Under the pieces are notes generated by a model that searched no databases, was not told where the DNA came from, and saw only the letters and a program-made list of their open reading frames with translations. Both the position numbers and the translations under genes were made by a program. Shown in pieces: positions 1 through 10,046 of a DNA stretch of 64,000 nucleotides. Position 1 is the stretch's first letter. Every line of letters starts with the position of its first letter. The DNA is from Candidatus Saccharimonadota bacterium (lineage in GTDB: Bacteria; Patescibacteriota; Saccharimonadia; Saccharimonadales; JAXHMH01): positions 437,761 to 501,760 of the forward strand of contig JAXHMH010000002.1 of assembly GCA_034521515.1 (NCBI GenBank), in the 5' to 3' direction.

Positions 1-64
1 TATAAGACCAATATTGTTGTCACTGCGGCAGCAAATTTCAGACCAAAGCGAGGCTGAATAGATC

Positions 65-718
65 ATGGATCCAAATAAAGCACAGCCACCAAAACCCATG
101 GATGTAAAACCGCCAAATCAATCAGCAGGCAGTTCGCAACCAGCAGTCGATCAAAGTAAAGCTTTCTCTCCAGACATTAAGGCGCCAGCGCAACCGACGC
201 AATCGCCAGCTCAGCAACCAGCTGCTCCACAACCGCCTGAGCCGGTAAACCAACCAAATGCAACACCAGCTCAGCCTCAACCTACAAAGCAAGCGGCAAC
301 ACCGCCACAACCACAGCCTCAGTCAGATCAAGAACAGCCTGAAAACCAGCAAAGTTCGCCACAAGATCGAGATAATACCGAACCGAATAAAGCCGCCAAC
401 CAGCCAGAAAGTAAAGAGCAGCCAAAAAACAATAAACCTCATAAAAATAAAACCAAAAAGCCAGTCTTTATAGTAATTGCAGCTGTTATTGTTGCGCTGG
501 GTCTTTCAGCTGTAGCGGTGATGGTATACCTGAATGAGCAGCCGGCAGAAGAGGGTAGTTCTACTGTTATCAAGCAAGATACTACTGCGACATCTTCAAC
601 CGAGGCTGTAGACGAAATAGATTCACTGACCGAAGAAATCGATCAATCTGTTGAAGGTCTTGATGATGAATCAGACTTTCCGGAAGAAGAGCTAACCGAC
701 GAATCACTCGGCCTATAG
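65..718 (+). CDS. Pro/Gln-rich low-complexity protein with a single C-proximal TM helix (hypothetical, membrane-anchored)
   Basis: 217-aa ORF. It has GAGG about 10 nt upstream of the ATG. The N-terminal 140 residues are P/Q/A-rich, followed by a hydrophobic helix FIVIAAVIVALGLSAVAVMVY and an acidic tail. Confidence 0.5.
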   Translation: MDPNKAQPPKPMDVKPPNQSAGSSQPAVDQSKAFSPDIKAPAQPTQSPAQQPAAPQPPEPVNQPNATPAQPQPTKQAATPPQPQPQSDQEQPENQQSSPQDRDNTEPNKAANQPESKEQPKNNKPHKNKTKKPVFIVIAAVIVALGLSAVAVMVYLNEQPAEEGSSTVIKQDTTATSSTEAVDEIDSLTEEIDQSVEGLDDESDFPEEELTDESLGL

Positions 719-824
719 GAAAGCACGCATACTTTTATTATCGCGTAGGTAGATCCGATAAAAAATAATGTGTGACACGACAGTGAGAGTAACCACTGTC
801 GTCAGCTGAATGATATGTAAATAT

Positions 825-1670
825 CTAATCAGATGACTTTTTGGCGTTATGCATGACGCGTTGTGGGAACGGTATGGAAATACCGTTTTTATCAAATTCA
901 CGCTTGAGGCGCTTACGTAGCTCACCAGTCACTGCCCACTGCTGCATCGGTGCGGTTTTACCAACGATCTTGACGATAATCGCTGAGTCGGCAAAGTCCT
1001 CGACTCGTAGCATTTCAGGTGGTTCTACAATTTTGGATTTCCATGCCTCATCACCTGCAATATCTTTACCAACTGCATTGATGATTTTTTCAACCTTGTC
1101 TATGTCTGAGCTGTAATCAACACCAACATCTAGGTTCACGTTGGCGAACTCCATAGTCATATTAGTTGCAACCTCGATATTACCGTTAGGTACGTTGTGA
1201 ACCATACCATCAAGATCGCGCAGTACAGTTTGTCGAAGCGTTAAATGTTCTACAACACCGGCGACACCTTGATTAATTTGAACGACATCACCAACACGGT
1301 ATTGATTTTCGATGATAATAAAAAATCCAGCCAAAAAGTCCTTAACCATAGATTGGGCGCCAAAACCAAGAGCTACGCCGGCGATACCTGCACCGGCAAT
1401 AAGCGGTGCGATATCAACTCCAAACATTGAGAGAAGCAACATAGTAGCGACAACCCAGACCATCGCTCTTATTAACGCATCGACAATAGTAATAAGCGTA
1501 TCTTCGCGTTGTTTTTCGGCGGAGTGAGATTGATGGCTATCAGAACGTACAGCCTTACGAATCAGACGCTCAATGATAATCATGGCAAACTTACGTGCTA
1601 AGTAAGCCGAAGCAAGAATTAAGACAACTTGTAACCAGTGAGCGTGAAATAAATTCTCTAGCTTATCCAT
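825..1670 (-). CDS. mscS: Small-conductance mechanosensitive channel (MscS family)
   Basis: 281 aa. It has N-terminal TM helices followed by an MscS-type beta domain (GDVVQINQGVAGVVEHLTLRQTVLRDLDGMVHNVPN) and a C-terminal alpha/beta domain. Confidence 0.8.
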   Translation of the reverse strand: MDKLENLFHAHWLQVVLILASAYLARKFAMIIIERLIRKAVRSDSHQSHSAEKQREDTLITIVDALIRAMVWVVATMLLLSMFGVDIAPLIAGAGIAGVALGFGAQSMVKDFLAGFFIIIENQYRVGDVVQINQGVAGVVEHLTLRQTVLRDLDGMVHNVPNGNIEVATNMTMEFANVNLDVGVDYSSDIDKVEKIINAVGKDIAGDEAWKSKIVEPPEMLRVEDFADSAIIVKIVGKTAPMQQWAVTGELRKRLKREFDKNGISIPFPQRVMHNAKKSSD

Positions 1671-1727
1671 TGGCTTTTAGTATATCAATGATACCCCAGT
1701 ATGACCACAGTGATAAACTGATAGGTA

Positions 1728-2330
1728 ATGAAAACAGTTACCCGGGGAGAAGCGGCTCGTATTTTGATGAATCTAGGCAGAGTTGGAGTCATGCCTACCG
1801 ATACAGTGTATGGTCTGGTTTGCCGCGCACAAGATAAGCAGGCAGTATCTCGACTGTACTCACAAAAACAAAGAGAGAATAAGCCTGGTACCGTGATTGC
1901 CGCAAACGTTGCTCAACTAGTAGAGCTAGGGTTTAAATATCGCTACGTGAATGCCGGGGAGCAGTTTTGGCCGGGTCCAGTCAGTGTAGTGTTGCCACTT
2001 GGTCATGATTTAAAATATCTACACCTTGGTAAACATAGTCTGGCTGTTCGGATAACAGCTGACGGTGAATTAAAGGCTTTGCTTGAGCAAACAGGACCAC
2101 TGCTTACTAGTAGTGCTAATCATCCCGGTAAGCCTGAGTCTGAAACTATCGATGAAGCCAAAGCTTATTTTGGTGACAGTGTCGACTTTTATGTGGACGG
2201 CGGTGATTTGTCTGGCCGTAAGCCGTCAACAGTTATCAGGATTATCGACGATGCGGTAGAAGTTTTGCGCCAAGGAGCTGTTAAAATAGATGAAACTACT
2301 GGGAGGATTATAAAAAATGACATTCGATGA
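1728..2330 (+). CDS. tsaC: L-threonylcarbamoyladenylate synthase (TsaC/YrdC/Sua5 family)
   Basis: The YrdC-fold N-terminus is present (GVMPTDTVYGLVCRA...LYSQKQR...KPGTV). It is 200 aa and its 3' end overlaps the next gene. Confidence 0.75.
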   Translation: MKTVTRGEAARILMNLGRVGVMPTDTVYGLVCRAQDKQAVSRLYSQKQRENKPGTVIAANVAQLVELGFKYRYVNAGEQFWPGPVSVVLPLGHDLKYLHLGKHSLAVRITADGELKALLEQTGPLLTSSANHPGKPESETIDEAKAYFGDSVDFYVDGGDLSGRKPSTVIRIIDDAVEVLRQGAVKIDETTGRIIKNDIR

Positions 2331-2658
2331 ATACCAAGCGGCCGCTAAAAAAACCAATCTTACGCCGGCTGCTGATGAGGTTTTGAGTATTGGTTTTATG
2401 GATAAGGTACTTGGCCTAGTAGGCGAAAGTGCCGAGATAGCTGAAAAGGTCAAGAAAATCCTGCGCGACAAGCAGGGTGAGCTAAGCGAAGAAGACAAGC
2501 AGATGTTCGTCAAAGAACTTGGCGATGTTCTATGGTATATCGCGCTGATGGCCGATAATTTGGGCGTACCAATGGATGAAGTTGCCACACGTAATGTAGA
2601 AAAGCTAGCCTCACGCCAAAAACGCAATAAACTCACCGGTAGCGGAGATAACAGATGA
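2317..2658 (+). CDS. MazG-like nucleotide pyrophosphohydrolase (small all-alpha NTP-PPase)
   Basis: 113 aa carrying the MazG motif EELGDVLWYIALMADNLGV. It overlaps tsaC by 14 nt and nudix by 4 nt, so the three form an operon. Confidence 0.7.
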   Translation: MTFDEYQAAAKKTNLTPAADEVLSIGFMDKVLGLVGESAEIAEKVKKILRDKQGELSEEDKQMFVKELGDVLWYIALMADNLGVPMDEVATRNVEKLASRQKRNKLTGSGDNR

Positions 2659-3104
2659 GTTTAGATTCTTCACAACCGTACGCAGCAAGCTACGTTTTAC
2701 TTAACAAAAACGGGAAAAATGCCTTCGTTCTTCGGGGTGAAGGGTGTGGCTGGATGTCTGGATACTATGGCTTGCCCTCTGGAAAGATTGATAAAAATGA
2801 ATCAGCAACGGTAGCTGCAACCCGTGAAGTAGAGGAAGAAGTCGACGTAAAAATAAAGCAAGAAAAATTACGTCACGTGTTAACAATGCATCGTCATGAA
2901 AAAAATGATAAATACCCAGAGTGGGTGGACTTTTACTTTGAAGCAGACGAATGGGAGGGTGATGTTCGCAATTCCGAACCTCACATGCACGATGAACTCG
3001 CTTGGTTCTCATCTGATGAATTACCAGAAAATATTATCCCAAGTGTTCGTGCAGCACTTGAAGCCATCCAAAATGATGAGAACTTTACCGAGTACGGTTT
3101 TTAA
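2655..3104 (+). CDS. NUDIX hydrolase
   Basis: The Nudix box is present: GKIDKNESATVAATREVEEEVDV, matching GX5EX7REVXEEXGU. Confidence 0.75.
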   Translation: MSLDSSQPYAASYVLLNKNGKNAFVLRGEGCGWMSGYYGLPSGKIDKNESATVAATREVEEEVDVKIKQEKLRHVLTMHRHEKNDKYPEWVDFYFEADEWEGDVRNSEPHMHDELAWFSSDELPENIIPSVRAALEAIQNDENFTEYGF

Positions 3105-3135
3105 GCACCACTTGCCAACTACTTTTTGCCAACTA

Positions 3136-4431
3136 CTAACTACTGCGAACGAAGTTCTCTCTAAGCCATTCGTCTAAGCTATCGCCGCCGCCGCCAGCCA
3201 TGGCCACTACCATGTCGCCAGAATCTAGATGTTTTTGGATAACTTCTTTGAGCTTTTCGTCGCGCTCCAAGGGCTCTGCTATAGCTGGATTACTGAGGTG
3301 GGTAATCATTTCGGCAGGCGGAATAACGCGTTGATCAGGATCCTCGCGTGCTAAGTAGCTCGGAATCCAGTAGACTTTGTTGGCACCATCAAAACAATCT
3401 TTGTAGTCATCTATCATGTAGTGCTGGCGGCGATTGGTTAAAGGTTCGTATATCACGACAAGTTTGTTATCTCCGGACATCTCAAGCGCTACGCTCATGG
3501 CGCCACGGATTTTTTCTGGCGTGTGGGCGTAATCAGTGTAGAGATTAGGCACCAGCTCCTCCATGCGACGCTGGAGGCCAGGGAACTTGTTCATGTGTTC
3601 CACTAGGTCTGCAACCGGAGTTTTGGTTATTTTATGAGCTGATTGTATAGCCAGCCAAGCGTCTAGCCGGTTATACAAACCAGCCAGTTTAATATCATCA
3701 ATATGTTTGTGGCTGCTATCTAGGATTTCTAGTCCGTCACGTGGCGCTAGGCTTAGATAATCTGCATCTTCTTGCCATAAATAGGTGTGTTGGCTTTGAG
3801 AAATAAACTCCTGAAAGGCTTGTTGGTAATCCTCACGGGTGGGGAATATCTCATGATGATCCCATGTAACACCTGTAATTAGGCTAGTATGAGAGTTATA
3901 CGACAAAAAATTACGGTCAAACTCATCACATTCTAGAACAAAATATTTGGAACTTGCTTTATATTGACCCATATCGCCAAACGGTATTTTTGCCCCAACG
4001 GAATAACTCAGTGGGATGCCGAGCTGTTTGAATAGCCACACTGTCATAGCGGTGGTTGTTGTCTTGCCGTGGGTGCCAGCCACAGCAATTAGCTTGAGAT
4101 GTTTTTCGGAGATGATGTAATTAAGTAGCTCGTCACGCTTGCTCATCTTGATATTTTGCTCGCGGCAGTAAGTAAGCTCTGGAGCGTTTGGGTTTTCAAT
4201 TGCTACGGCTGAAGAATAAACGTACCAGTCAATTGGGTCTTCTTGGTGGACGTGTTCGATTTCGTCACGCTCTTGGCCGATGTGAATATTGACAATACCC
4301 TTACTTCGTAAGTAGTGGATATACTGAGAATCTTGCTTGTCGGAGCCAGATACTTCGTGCCCAGCTTGTTTGGCTATGAGGGCTAGGGGGCCGATGGCTG
4401 TCCCACCTATCCCACTAAAGAAAATATGCAT
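3136..4431 (-). CDS. Mur ligase family protein (UDP-N-acetylmuramate-L-alanine ligase MurC / Mpl-like)
   Basis: 431 aa. The N-terminal Rossmann motif is GIGGTAIGPLA and the Mur ligase P-loop is VAGTHGKTTTTAM. The C-terminal Mur ligase domain is also present. Confidence 0.75.
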   Translation of the reverse strand: MHIFFSGIGGTAIGPLALIAKQAGHEVSGSDKQDSQYIHYLRSKGIVNIHIGQERDEIEHVHQEDPIDWYVYSSAVAIENPNAPELTYCREQNIKMSKRDELLNYIISEKHLKLIAVAGTHGKTTTTAMTVWLFKQLGIPLSYSVGAKIPFGDMGQYKASSKYFVLECDEFDRNFLSYNSHTSLITGVTWDHHEIFPTREDYQQAFQEFISQSQHTYLWQEDADYLSLAPRDGLEILDSSHKHIDDIKLAGLYNRLDAWLAIQSAHKITKTPVADLVEHMNKFPGLQRRMEELVPNLYTDYAHTPEKIRGAMSVALEMSGDNKLVVIYEPLTNRRQHYMIDDYKDCFDGANKVYWIPSYLAREDPDQRVIPPAEMITHLSNPAIAEPLERDEKLKEVIQKHLDSGDMVVAMAGGGGDSLDEWLRENFVRSS

Positions 4432-4437
4432 GCTCTA

Positions 4438-4468
4438 AGTTTCGCATCACAGCGGTCTGCTGTCCAGC
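4438..4468. repeat. 31-bp direct repeat copy A1 (AGTTTCGCATCACAGCGGTCTGCTGTCCAGC)
   Basis: It is identical to 4703..4733. It lies 7 nt upstream of the Mur-ligase start codon, inside a GC-rich 515-bp intergenic region. Confidence 0.8.
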
Positions 4469-4702
4469 TGAAGCTGGCCACTCCACCGCTGTTCTTGGCA
4501 CATTGCGGCCGCTCATGCTCCAGTGCTCCTTCGGCGTATTGCATATACGCCTCTGTCCGCGCTTCGCTTGACCGACCACACTGCACTCAAGTGCGAAACT
4601 TAGGCTGGCTGCAGGTAAGTAGAAAGTATCAAGTGTTGCGACAACCATGTCCGTGTTTCATCGCTTCATCCGTCCTGCACTCAAGTGCGAACCTCGTGGC
4701 CG

Positions 4703-4733
4703 AGTTTCGCATCACAGCGGTCTGCTGTCCAGC
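4703..4733. repeat. 31-bp direct repeat copy A2
   Basis: It is an exact copy of 4438..4468. Partner repeats CTGCACTCAAGTGCGAAAC (4580..4598) and CTGCACTCAAGTGCGAACC (4675..4693) carry the reverse complement of the A 5' end. Confidence 0.8.
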
Positions 4734-4945
4734 GAGTTGGCAGTTGGTAGCTAGTAGATAGGAGTTGGGGGGTGCTGTGCGCTGGCAGGCTCCAGCATTA
4801 TTATCCAGTATCAAGTACTAAGTACTAGGTACTGAGCGCAGCTCCATCCTTTATCTATTACCTATCAACTATCACCTATCAATTTCCGTCTCCCGTCTCC
4901 AACACTGTGCTACACTTGACATGAGTAAAACTAAACATAAAAAGT

Positions 4946-6157
4946 ATGCTAAAAACACTAATTTCACGTATATTTCGCCGCCATCACTACTGGCGTAACA
5001 TTGGGTTTGATGAGCTCAGTGAGCTATATACGAGCATGATGTTTAGAAACCTGGCTCTAAGCTTGGTCGGTATATTTATACCGATATACCTATACGAACT
5101 TGGGTTTAGTCTGCCGATTATATTGTCGTTTTACGTGGTTATGTTTCTAACACGCATACCGGCAGATTTTATTACAGGTTATTGTGTAGCCAAATTTGGC
5201 CCTAAACACACTATGTTTTTAAGTTACATAGCCTATGTCATTGCGTTATCACTTTTTACAAGCTACGAACAATTCAATTGGCCAATTTACTTACTAGCAG
5301 TCGTGTGGGGTATTAGCGGCAGCCTGTTCTTCATTGCATTTCATGTTGATTTTTCTAAGGTGAAGCACAAAAAACACGGTGGTAAAGAGCTGGGGGTCTT
5401 AACTATAATGGAGCGACTTGGAGCTACGTTAGGGCCAATTACCGGTGGCGTTGTGGCCGCATTGTTTGGAGCACAGTACACCTTTTTAGCCGCCACATTG
5501 TTTTTTATGACCGCTTTAATCCCATTATTTTTTACTGCAGAGCCGGTCAAGACCAGGCAGCATCTAGACTACCGAGGGCTACCTATCAAGAAGCTTAAAC
5601 AGGATTTTATCTCGCACGCGTCACTTAGTGTCGAAAACAGTACCCATATTGCTATCTGGCCGTTGTTTCTAGCGCTATTTGTGTTTGTTGACAATATTTA
5701 TCTTCAGATTGGCGCCCTAACTTCATTTGCTGTTATTGTGTCGGTGATTCTTGCCCGAGTTATCGGTCAAACGGTTGATAATAAAAAAGGTAGGCGTTTA
5801 CTAAGAATTGGCTCACGGGCAAATATAATTCTACATGGACTACGGCCAATGGTCAGTTCGTTTGGGCTCGCGCTGTCAGTAAACTTTATTCACGAGATTT
5901 TGACTACATCTTTCCGCTTACCGTATATAAAAGGTATGTATGATCGAGCCGATGAGCTAGAGGGGCACAGAATTGTCTATATTGTTTCGCTAGAAGCTCT
6001 TAGCTGTATTGTTAGAGCAGCATTCTACGGGTTGCTGGCAATTTTGGCGCTTAGTTTCAGTTCATTTAGTGTGTTTGTTGCTGCTTTCGGGTTAGCGGCA
6101 ATTGCTTCATACGGTATCACGCTAGAAAAATTCCCAGCTTTGAATGTAAAAAAATAG
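4946..6157 (+). CDS. Polytopic membrane transporter, probably MFS-type
   Basis: 403 aa with about 12 predicted TM helices in a 6+6 layout and a central cytoplasmic loop. The family call rests on topology only. Confidence 0.5.
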   Translation: MLKTLISRIFRRHHYWRNIGFDELSELYTSMMFRNLALSLVGIFIPIYLYELGFSLPIILSFYVVMFLTRIPADFITGYCVAKFGPKHTMFLSYIAYVIALSLFTSYEQFNWPIYLLAVVWGISGSLFFIAFHVDFSKVKHKKHGGKELGVLTIMERLGATLGPITGGVVAALFGAQYTFLAATLFFMTALIPLFFTAEPVKTRQHLDYRGLPIKKLKQDFISHASLSVENSTHIAIWPLFLALFVFVDNIYLQIGALTSFAVIVSVILARVIGQTVDNKKGRRLLRIGSRANIILHGLRPMVSSFGLALSVNFIHEILTTSFRLPYIKGMYDRADELEGHRIVYIVSLEALSCIVRAAFYGLLAILALSFSSFSVFVAAFGLAAIASYGITLEKFPALNVKK

Positions 6158-6169
6158 TAAGCTACCTAT

Positions 6170-6796
6170 ATGGCAAATAAACGATTACTTCATCATTTGT
6201 GGATTAAACTCAAGCCAATTAATGCATGGTACTTTTTGATAGCCTGTTTACTGTTTACGGGTATTGCAGTTTGGGCTCTGCGTGAAAATAACCTAAAGAT
6301 GATTGAACTGCGTGATGAAGTTATTGCTGCTGATGAAGCAGGCGAAGGCGTAGATGAAGCACTCGCAGAACTGCGGCAACACGTCCACTCTCACATGAAC
6401 GCTGATTTGAGCGGCGATGACACGTCAATTTATCCACCACTCCAATTACGTCATACCTACGAACGTCTTAAAGATAAGAATGATAATGAGGAGGTTGCTC
6501 AGCACAATCGCCAAGTTGCCAAACGAGCAGCAACTGTTTGTGAAAATCGACATGGACCCGGCTCTTTGGATCAGCGGGTGCAGTGCGTAGAAACGTACAT
6601 TACCCAAAACAGCTTAGAAGAGAAGGAAGAGGTCAAAGTTCCAAAAGAGTTGTATCAATTTGCTTTTGTTTCACCGGTCTGGTCGCCAGATTTGGCAGGG
6701 TGGAGTATTGTTCTAGCAGTACTGTTTTTTACTCTGTTTACGGTTCGTTTCACACTTGAGCGATGGTTGCGGTACCAGCTGCACAATCACCTATAA
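6170..6796 (+). CDS. Hypothetical membrane protein (TM helices at N- and C-termini)
   Basis: 208-aa ORF. It lies in the same orientation directly downstream of the transporter gene. Confidence 0.45.
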   Translation: MANKRLLHHLWIKLKPINAWYFLIACLLFTGIAVWALRENNLKMIELRDEVIAADEAGEGVDEALAELRQHVHSHMNADLSGDDTSIYPPLQLRHTYERLKDKNDNEEVAQHNRQVAKRAATVCENRHGPGSLDQRVQCVETYITQNSLEEKEEVKVPKELYQFAFVSPVWSPDLAGWSIVLAVLFFTLFTVRFTLERWLRYQLHNHL

Positions 6797-6851
6797 GATT
6801 GTAGGGTCTCGTCTAAAACACAAGGTTAATCAAAGAGAGACGTCATAAACT

Positions 6852-6883
6852 AAAAACACCCGGGCATATTTCCGGGTGTTTTT
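6852..6883. terminator. Bidirectional intrinsic terminator
   Basis: The sequence is AAAAACACCCGGGCATATTTCCGGGTGTTTTT. It has a 7-bp GC stem flanked by an A-run and a T-run, between convergent genes. Confidence 0.7.
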
Positions 6884-6918
6884 AATCCTTAGTACCGATA
6901 ATCGGTGTTGGTTGTCAA

Positions 6919-7665
6919 CTACGGAGTGGTTTCGCCTTCTGTCTCAGGCAAGACCGGTGTTGTGTCTCCTTGAGTTGGATCTTGTACTGTCTCAGAACCA
7001 GCTGGTTCAGTCTCTTGGCTGTTGTTAGTGTTGCCATTTACTGATTGTTGAGAAGTTTCCTCTTCACAATCTTGTCCTTCTGGGAACTGTCTTACGTATT
7101 CTTTAACAGCACCGGGAACTGAGCTTGGGCTATCATCATCTTTTAGGTTCTCCCAAAATAGAATCTGATCGCGGTTAATGACCATCTCGTTGGTTGGTCT
7201 ATGTAACTCACAACCAAGCTTTACTAGGGATATATCATCACCTGCTGGCTGTTGCGTTTGGCCAGTTTGTTCTGGTTGCACCTGTTGGTTCACTCGTAGG
7301 TAGAAGATACTGCTAAGGCGCATATACTGCTTATTGATGTCGTCAATGGTACCAAAGTATACCTGGCCGCCATTGAGGAAGACGGCTTGCATCTGTTTGT
7401 CATTTACAAAGCGTGCTTCACCGCGTGATCCGCCGAAAACCATAAATCCAAGTACGGCAACAATCAGTACTGTCGAAGAAAACAGCAAAATAATAGATGC
7501 CAGCTGGAGACCTTTTGATGTAAAGATATTGCCTCTTCGTTTGCCGCCATCTTGGCTGTTTTGGTTATTGTCACTATGCATACTCCCGTTTCCGCTTTGT
7601 TGTTGAGCCGGATTTGGCGAGTGAGCTGATGGGTTTGGCCTATTGCCACGGTTCATAAAATCCAT
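6919..7665 (-). CDS. Hypothetical protein with Q/N-rich N-terminus, one TM helix and an acidic/Thr-rich C-terminus
   Basis: 248-aa ORF. The TM helix is LASIILLFSSTVLIVAVLGFMVF. Confidence 0.45.
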   Translation of the reverse strand: MDFMNRGNRPNPSAHSPNPAQQQSGNGSMHSDNNQNSQDGGKRRGNIFTSKGLQLASIILLFSSTVLIVAVLGFMVFGGSRGEARFVNDKQMQAVFLNGGQVYFGTIDDINKQYMRLSSIFYLRVNQQVQPEQTGQTQQPAGDDISLVKLGCELHRPTNEMVINRDQILFWENLKDDDSPSSVPGAVKEYVRQFPEGQDCEEETSQQSVNGNTNNSQETEPAGSETVQDPTQGDTTPVLPETEGETTP

Positions 7666-7905
7666 TTATAGAATCCACCTTCTTTATTTATTGCTTACTT
7701 ACAGAGCTTAGTGTAATACATAAGCGTATTACCGTGCAACTGTCTTATTGCCGTGGTCATACAGTTGTGTTAATAACTGCGATACTACCCCTGTTAGTCG
7801 TTCTTATGCACGTGGTTGCAAGGTGTAAAAGCTGTTGACAAGAGGAAACACCCAAGAGTATGGTAAAGATACCATTACTAAATAAGAGAGGGAGATGTTA
7901 TAGCA

Positions 7906-8100
7906 ATGGCATACAAGCACACAAACTCCAAGGGTGTAACGTACTACTTAAATTCTAAGGACGTAACACTACGCGGTGGAAAGCAGCAGAGAATTTACTA
8001 TTTCAGTAAAGATCAACGTCCAGAGGCAACAGATTTGCCTGATGGTTACACAGTAAACGAAAACCCACGCAACGGCTTCTTGACTGTTAAAAAGAGCTAG
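7906..8100 (+). CDS. Small hypothetical protein (64 aa)
   Basis: A TTGACA-N17-TATGGT-like promoter lies at about 7835. The gene is followed by its own terminator at 8131..8160. Confidence 0.4.
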   Translation: MAYKHTNSKGVTYYLNSKDVTLRGGKQQRIYYFSKDQRPEATDLPDGYTVNENPRNGFLTVKKS

Positions 8101-8130
8101 TTTGTTTTAAAACCAGATATAAAAATATTT

Positions 8131-8160
8131 AAACACCCAGGTATAGCTTGGGTGTTTTTA
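8131..8160 (+). terminator. Intrinsic terminator (AAACACCCAGG..CTTGGGTGTTTTT)
   Basis: Stem-loop followed by a U-tract. It belongs to the same sequence family as the terminators at 6852 and 35674. Confidence 0.65.
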
Positions 8161-8182
8161 TTTTGCTACACTAACCTTTGAG

Positions 8183-8941
8183 ATGAAAAACACTCTTGTA
8201 GAAGCTAAAAAACTTGTCAAACACTATAGTGGCTCAACCGTTGTTGATAAGGTAAGTTTTAGCGTAAAAAAGGGTGAAATATTTGGAATTCTTGGGCCAA
8301 ATGGTGCTGGTAAGACGACTACGCTTGAAATGCTAGAAGCGATGCGTCCGATTGACGAAGGCCAGGCAACCATCAACGGTATTGATGTTGCCAAAAATCC
8401 ATGGGAGATTAAAGAAATTATCGGCGTGCAACCTCAAACGCCGGCCTTTGAAGAAAAGACCAAATTAACAGAGTTGCTTGAGTTATTTGCTGCGACATAC
8501 GGCCGCAAGGTTGACGCTCGTAAGTTGTTAGACGATGTTCAGCTTTCAGATAAATACCACAGTTACGCCGAAAAACTTTCTGGTGGCCAGAAGCAACGTT
8601 TTTCTATTGCTACGGCTCTGGTTAATAATCCGAAAGTATTGTTTTTGGATGAACCGACTACCGGACTTGATCCACAAGCTCGACGAAATTTATGGGATTT
8701 AGTAGAAAGCATTCGTAAACAAGCTGTTACGGTTATTTTGACTACGCACTACATGGAAGAAGCAGAAGTGTTATGTGACCGAGTTGCAATTATGGACAAT
8801 GGCAAAATTATCGCACTTGATTCACCCAAACAGCTCGTAAAGAACTTGCTTAATAAAGGTTTCAAGAAAAAACAGCATGTCGAACAGGCAGATTTAGAAG
8901 ATGTGTTTATCGATTTGACTGGCCGGGAGCTAAGGGAATAA
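8183..8941 (+). CDS. ABC transporter ATP-binding protein
   Basis: Walker A is GPNGAGKTT, the signature motif is LSGGQKQR and Walker B is LFLDEPTTGLD. Confidence 0.9.
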   Translation: MKNTLVEAKKLVKHYSGSTVVDKVSFSVKKGEIFGILGPNGAGKTTTLEMLEAMRPIDEGQATINGIDVAKNPWEIKEIIGVQPQTPAFEEKTKLTELLELFAATYGRKVDARKLLDDVQLSDKYHSYAEKLSGGQKQRFSIATALVNNPKVLFLDEPTTGLDPQARRNLWDLVESIRKQAVTVILTTHYMEEAEVLCDRVAIMDNGKIIALDSPKQLVKNLLNKGFKKKQHVEQADLEDVFIDLTGRELRE

Positions 8942-8945
8942 CGCA

Positions 8946-10046
8946 GTGAAAAAACAACTACAGCCAATACTAACTTACGCCAAGATCGATATCCGTCGAT
9001 TGTTCCGCGATAAGGTAGCAATCTTTTTTATCTTTGTCTTCCCGCTGATATTCTTACTTGTTTTTGGTAGCTTGTTTGGGCGTGATGACGTTTCATTTAA
9101 TTTGGCGTTTATCAATAAATCAGATAGCCAGTTTGCGACGGAATTTGAACAACAAATTAGAGATAATGACATTTTTAGTATTGATGAAGATGTTGCTAAC
9201 ATTGGTGACGCCGAAGAGAGAATGAGCCGCGGTGAAGTAGACGCTACAATTATATTGCCGGATGATTTTGGTGATATATCAGAAGGCATACCGCGCGGTC
9301 AAGCACAGGTAGTTTATGACCGAGGTAACGAGCAAGGCGGTATTACGTTAGGCTCAATATTAGAGAGTATATTCGCTGATATTAACGCTGGTCTCGTTCC
9401 GGTAGATGAGCCGTTTACCTTACAAGTACAACCAACTGAAGCCGAGGGGTTATCCGGCTTAGATTTTCTATTTTCGGGCTTGCTGGGCTTTTCTATTCTT
9501 TCGCTCGGCGTATTTGGTCCGACCACAGTTTTTCCGCGCCTAAAAGAGCGCGGTATTCTACGGCGGTATCACACTACGCCAATACGGGTATGGCAGTACT
9601 TTGCTGGAAACGTAATATCAAACTCATTTGTCGGTATTTTGGCAGTGGCCTTTATGTTTATCGCAGCTATGCTGATCTTTGATGTTAGCATGCGCGGTGA
9701 TTACCTAAGTCTGGTATTGTTGACTGTTCTTGGAACCGTCGTGATGTTTGGAGTTGGTTTGGCGGCTGGGGGTTGGGCGAAAAACGAAAATCAAGCGGCT
9801 CCGTTGGCAAACCTTATTGCATTCCCGATGATGTTCTTGTCAGGGGTGTTCTTCCCGCGATTTTTGATGCCAGATTGGCTGGCTTCTATTACGCAATTTT
9901 TGCCACTGACGCCGTTTATTGACGGTTTACGACAAATTATTACCGAAGGTCAGACAATCTTGCAGATAGGTACAGAAGTTGGTTTGTTGGCGGCCTGGGT
10001 AGTAGTAATTTATGCTATAGCTTTTTGGGTGTTTCGGTGGGAGTAG
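8946..10046 (+). CDS. ABC-2 family transporter permease
   Basis: 366 aa. It has an N-terminal TM helix, a large extracytoplasmic loop and five C-terminal TM helices. It is adjacent to and co-directional with the ATPase gene. Confidence 0.8.
   Translation: MKKQLQPILTYAKIDIRRLFRDKVAIFFIFVFPLIFLLVFGSLFGRDDVSFNLAFINKSDSQFATEFEQQIRDNDIFSIDEDVANIGDAEERMSRGEVDATIILPDDFGDISEGIPRGQAQVVYDRGNEQGGITLGSILESIFADINAGLVPVDEPFTLQVQPTEAEGLSGLDFLFSGLLGFSILSLGVFGPTTVFPRLKERGILRRYHTTPIRVWQYFAGNVISNSFVGILAVAFMFIAAMLIFDVSMRGDYLSLVLLTVLGTVVMFGVGLAAGGWAKNENQAAPLANLIAFPMMFLSGVFFPRFLMPDWLASITQFLPLTPFIDGLRQIITEGQTILQIGTEVGLLAAWVVVIYAIAFWVFRWE

Noticed and set aside
4438-4733. Possibility that the 31-bp direct repeats are a minimal CRISPR array
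   Set aside because: There are only two copies, the spacing is about 265 bp, and no cas genes are nearby. The repeat architecture is mixed direct and inverted, unlike CRISPR.
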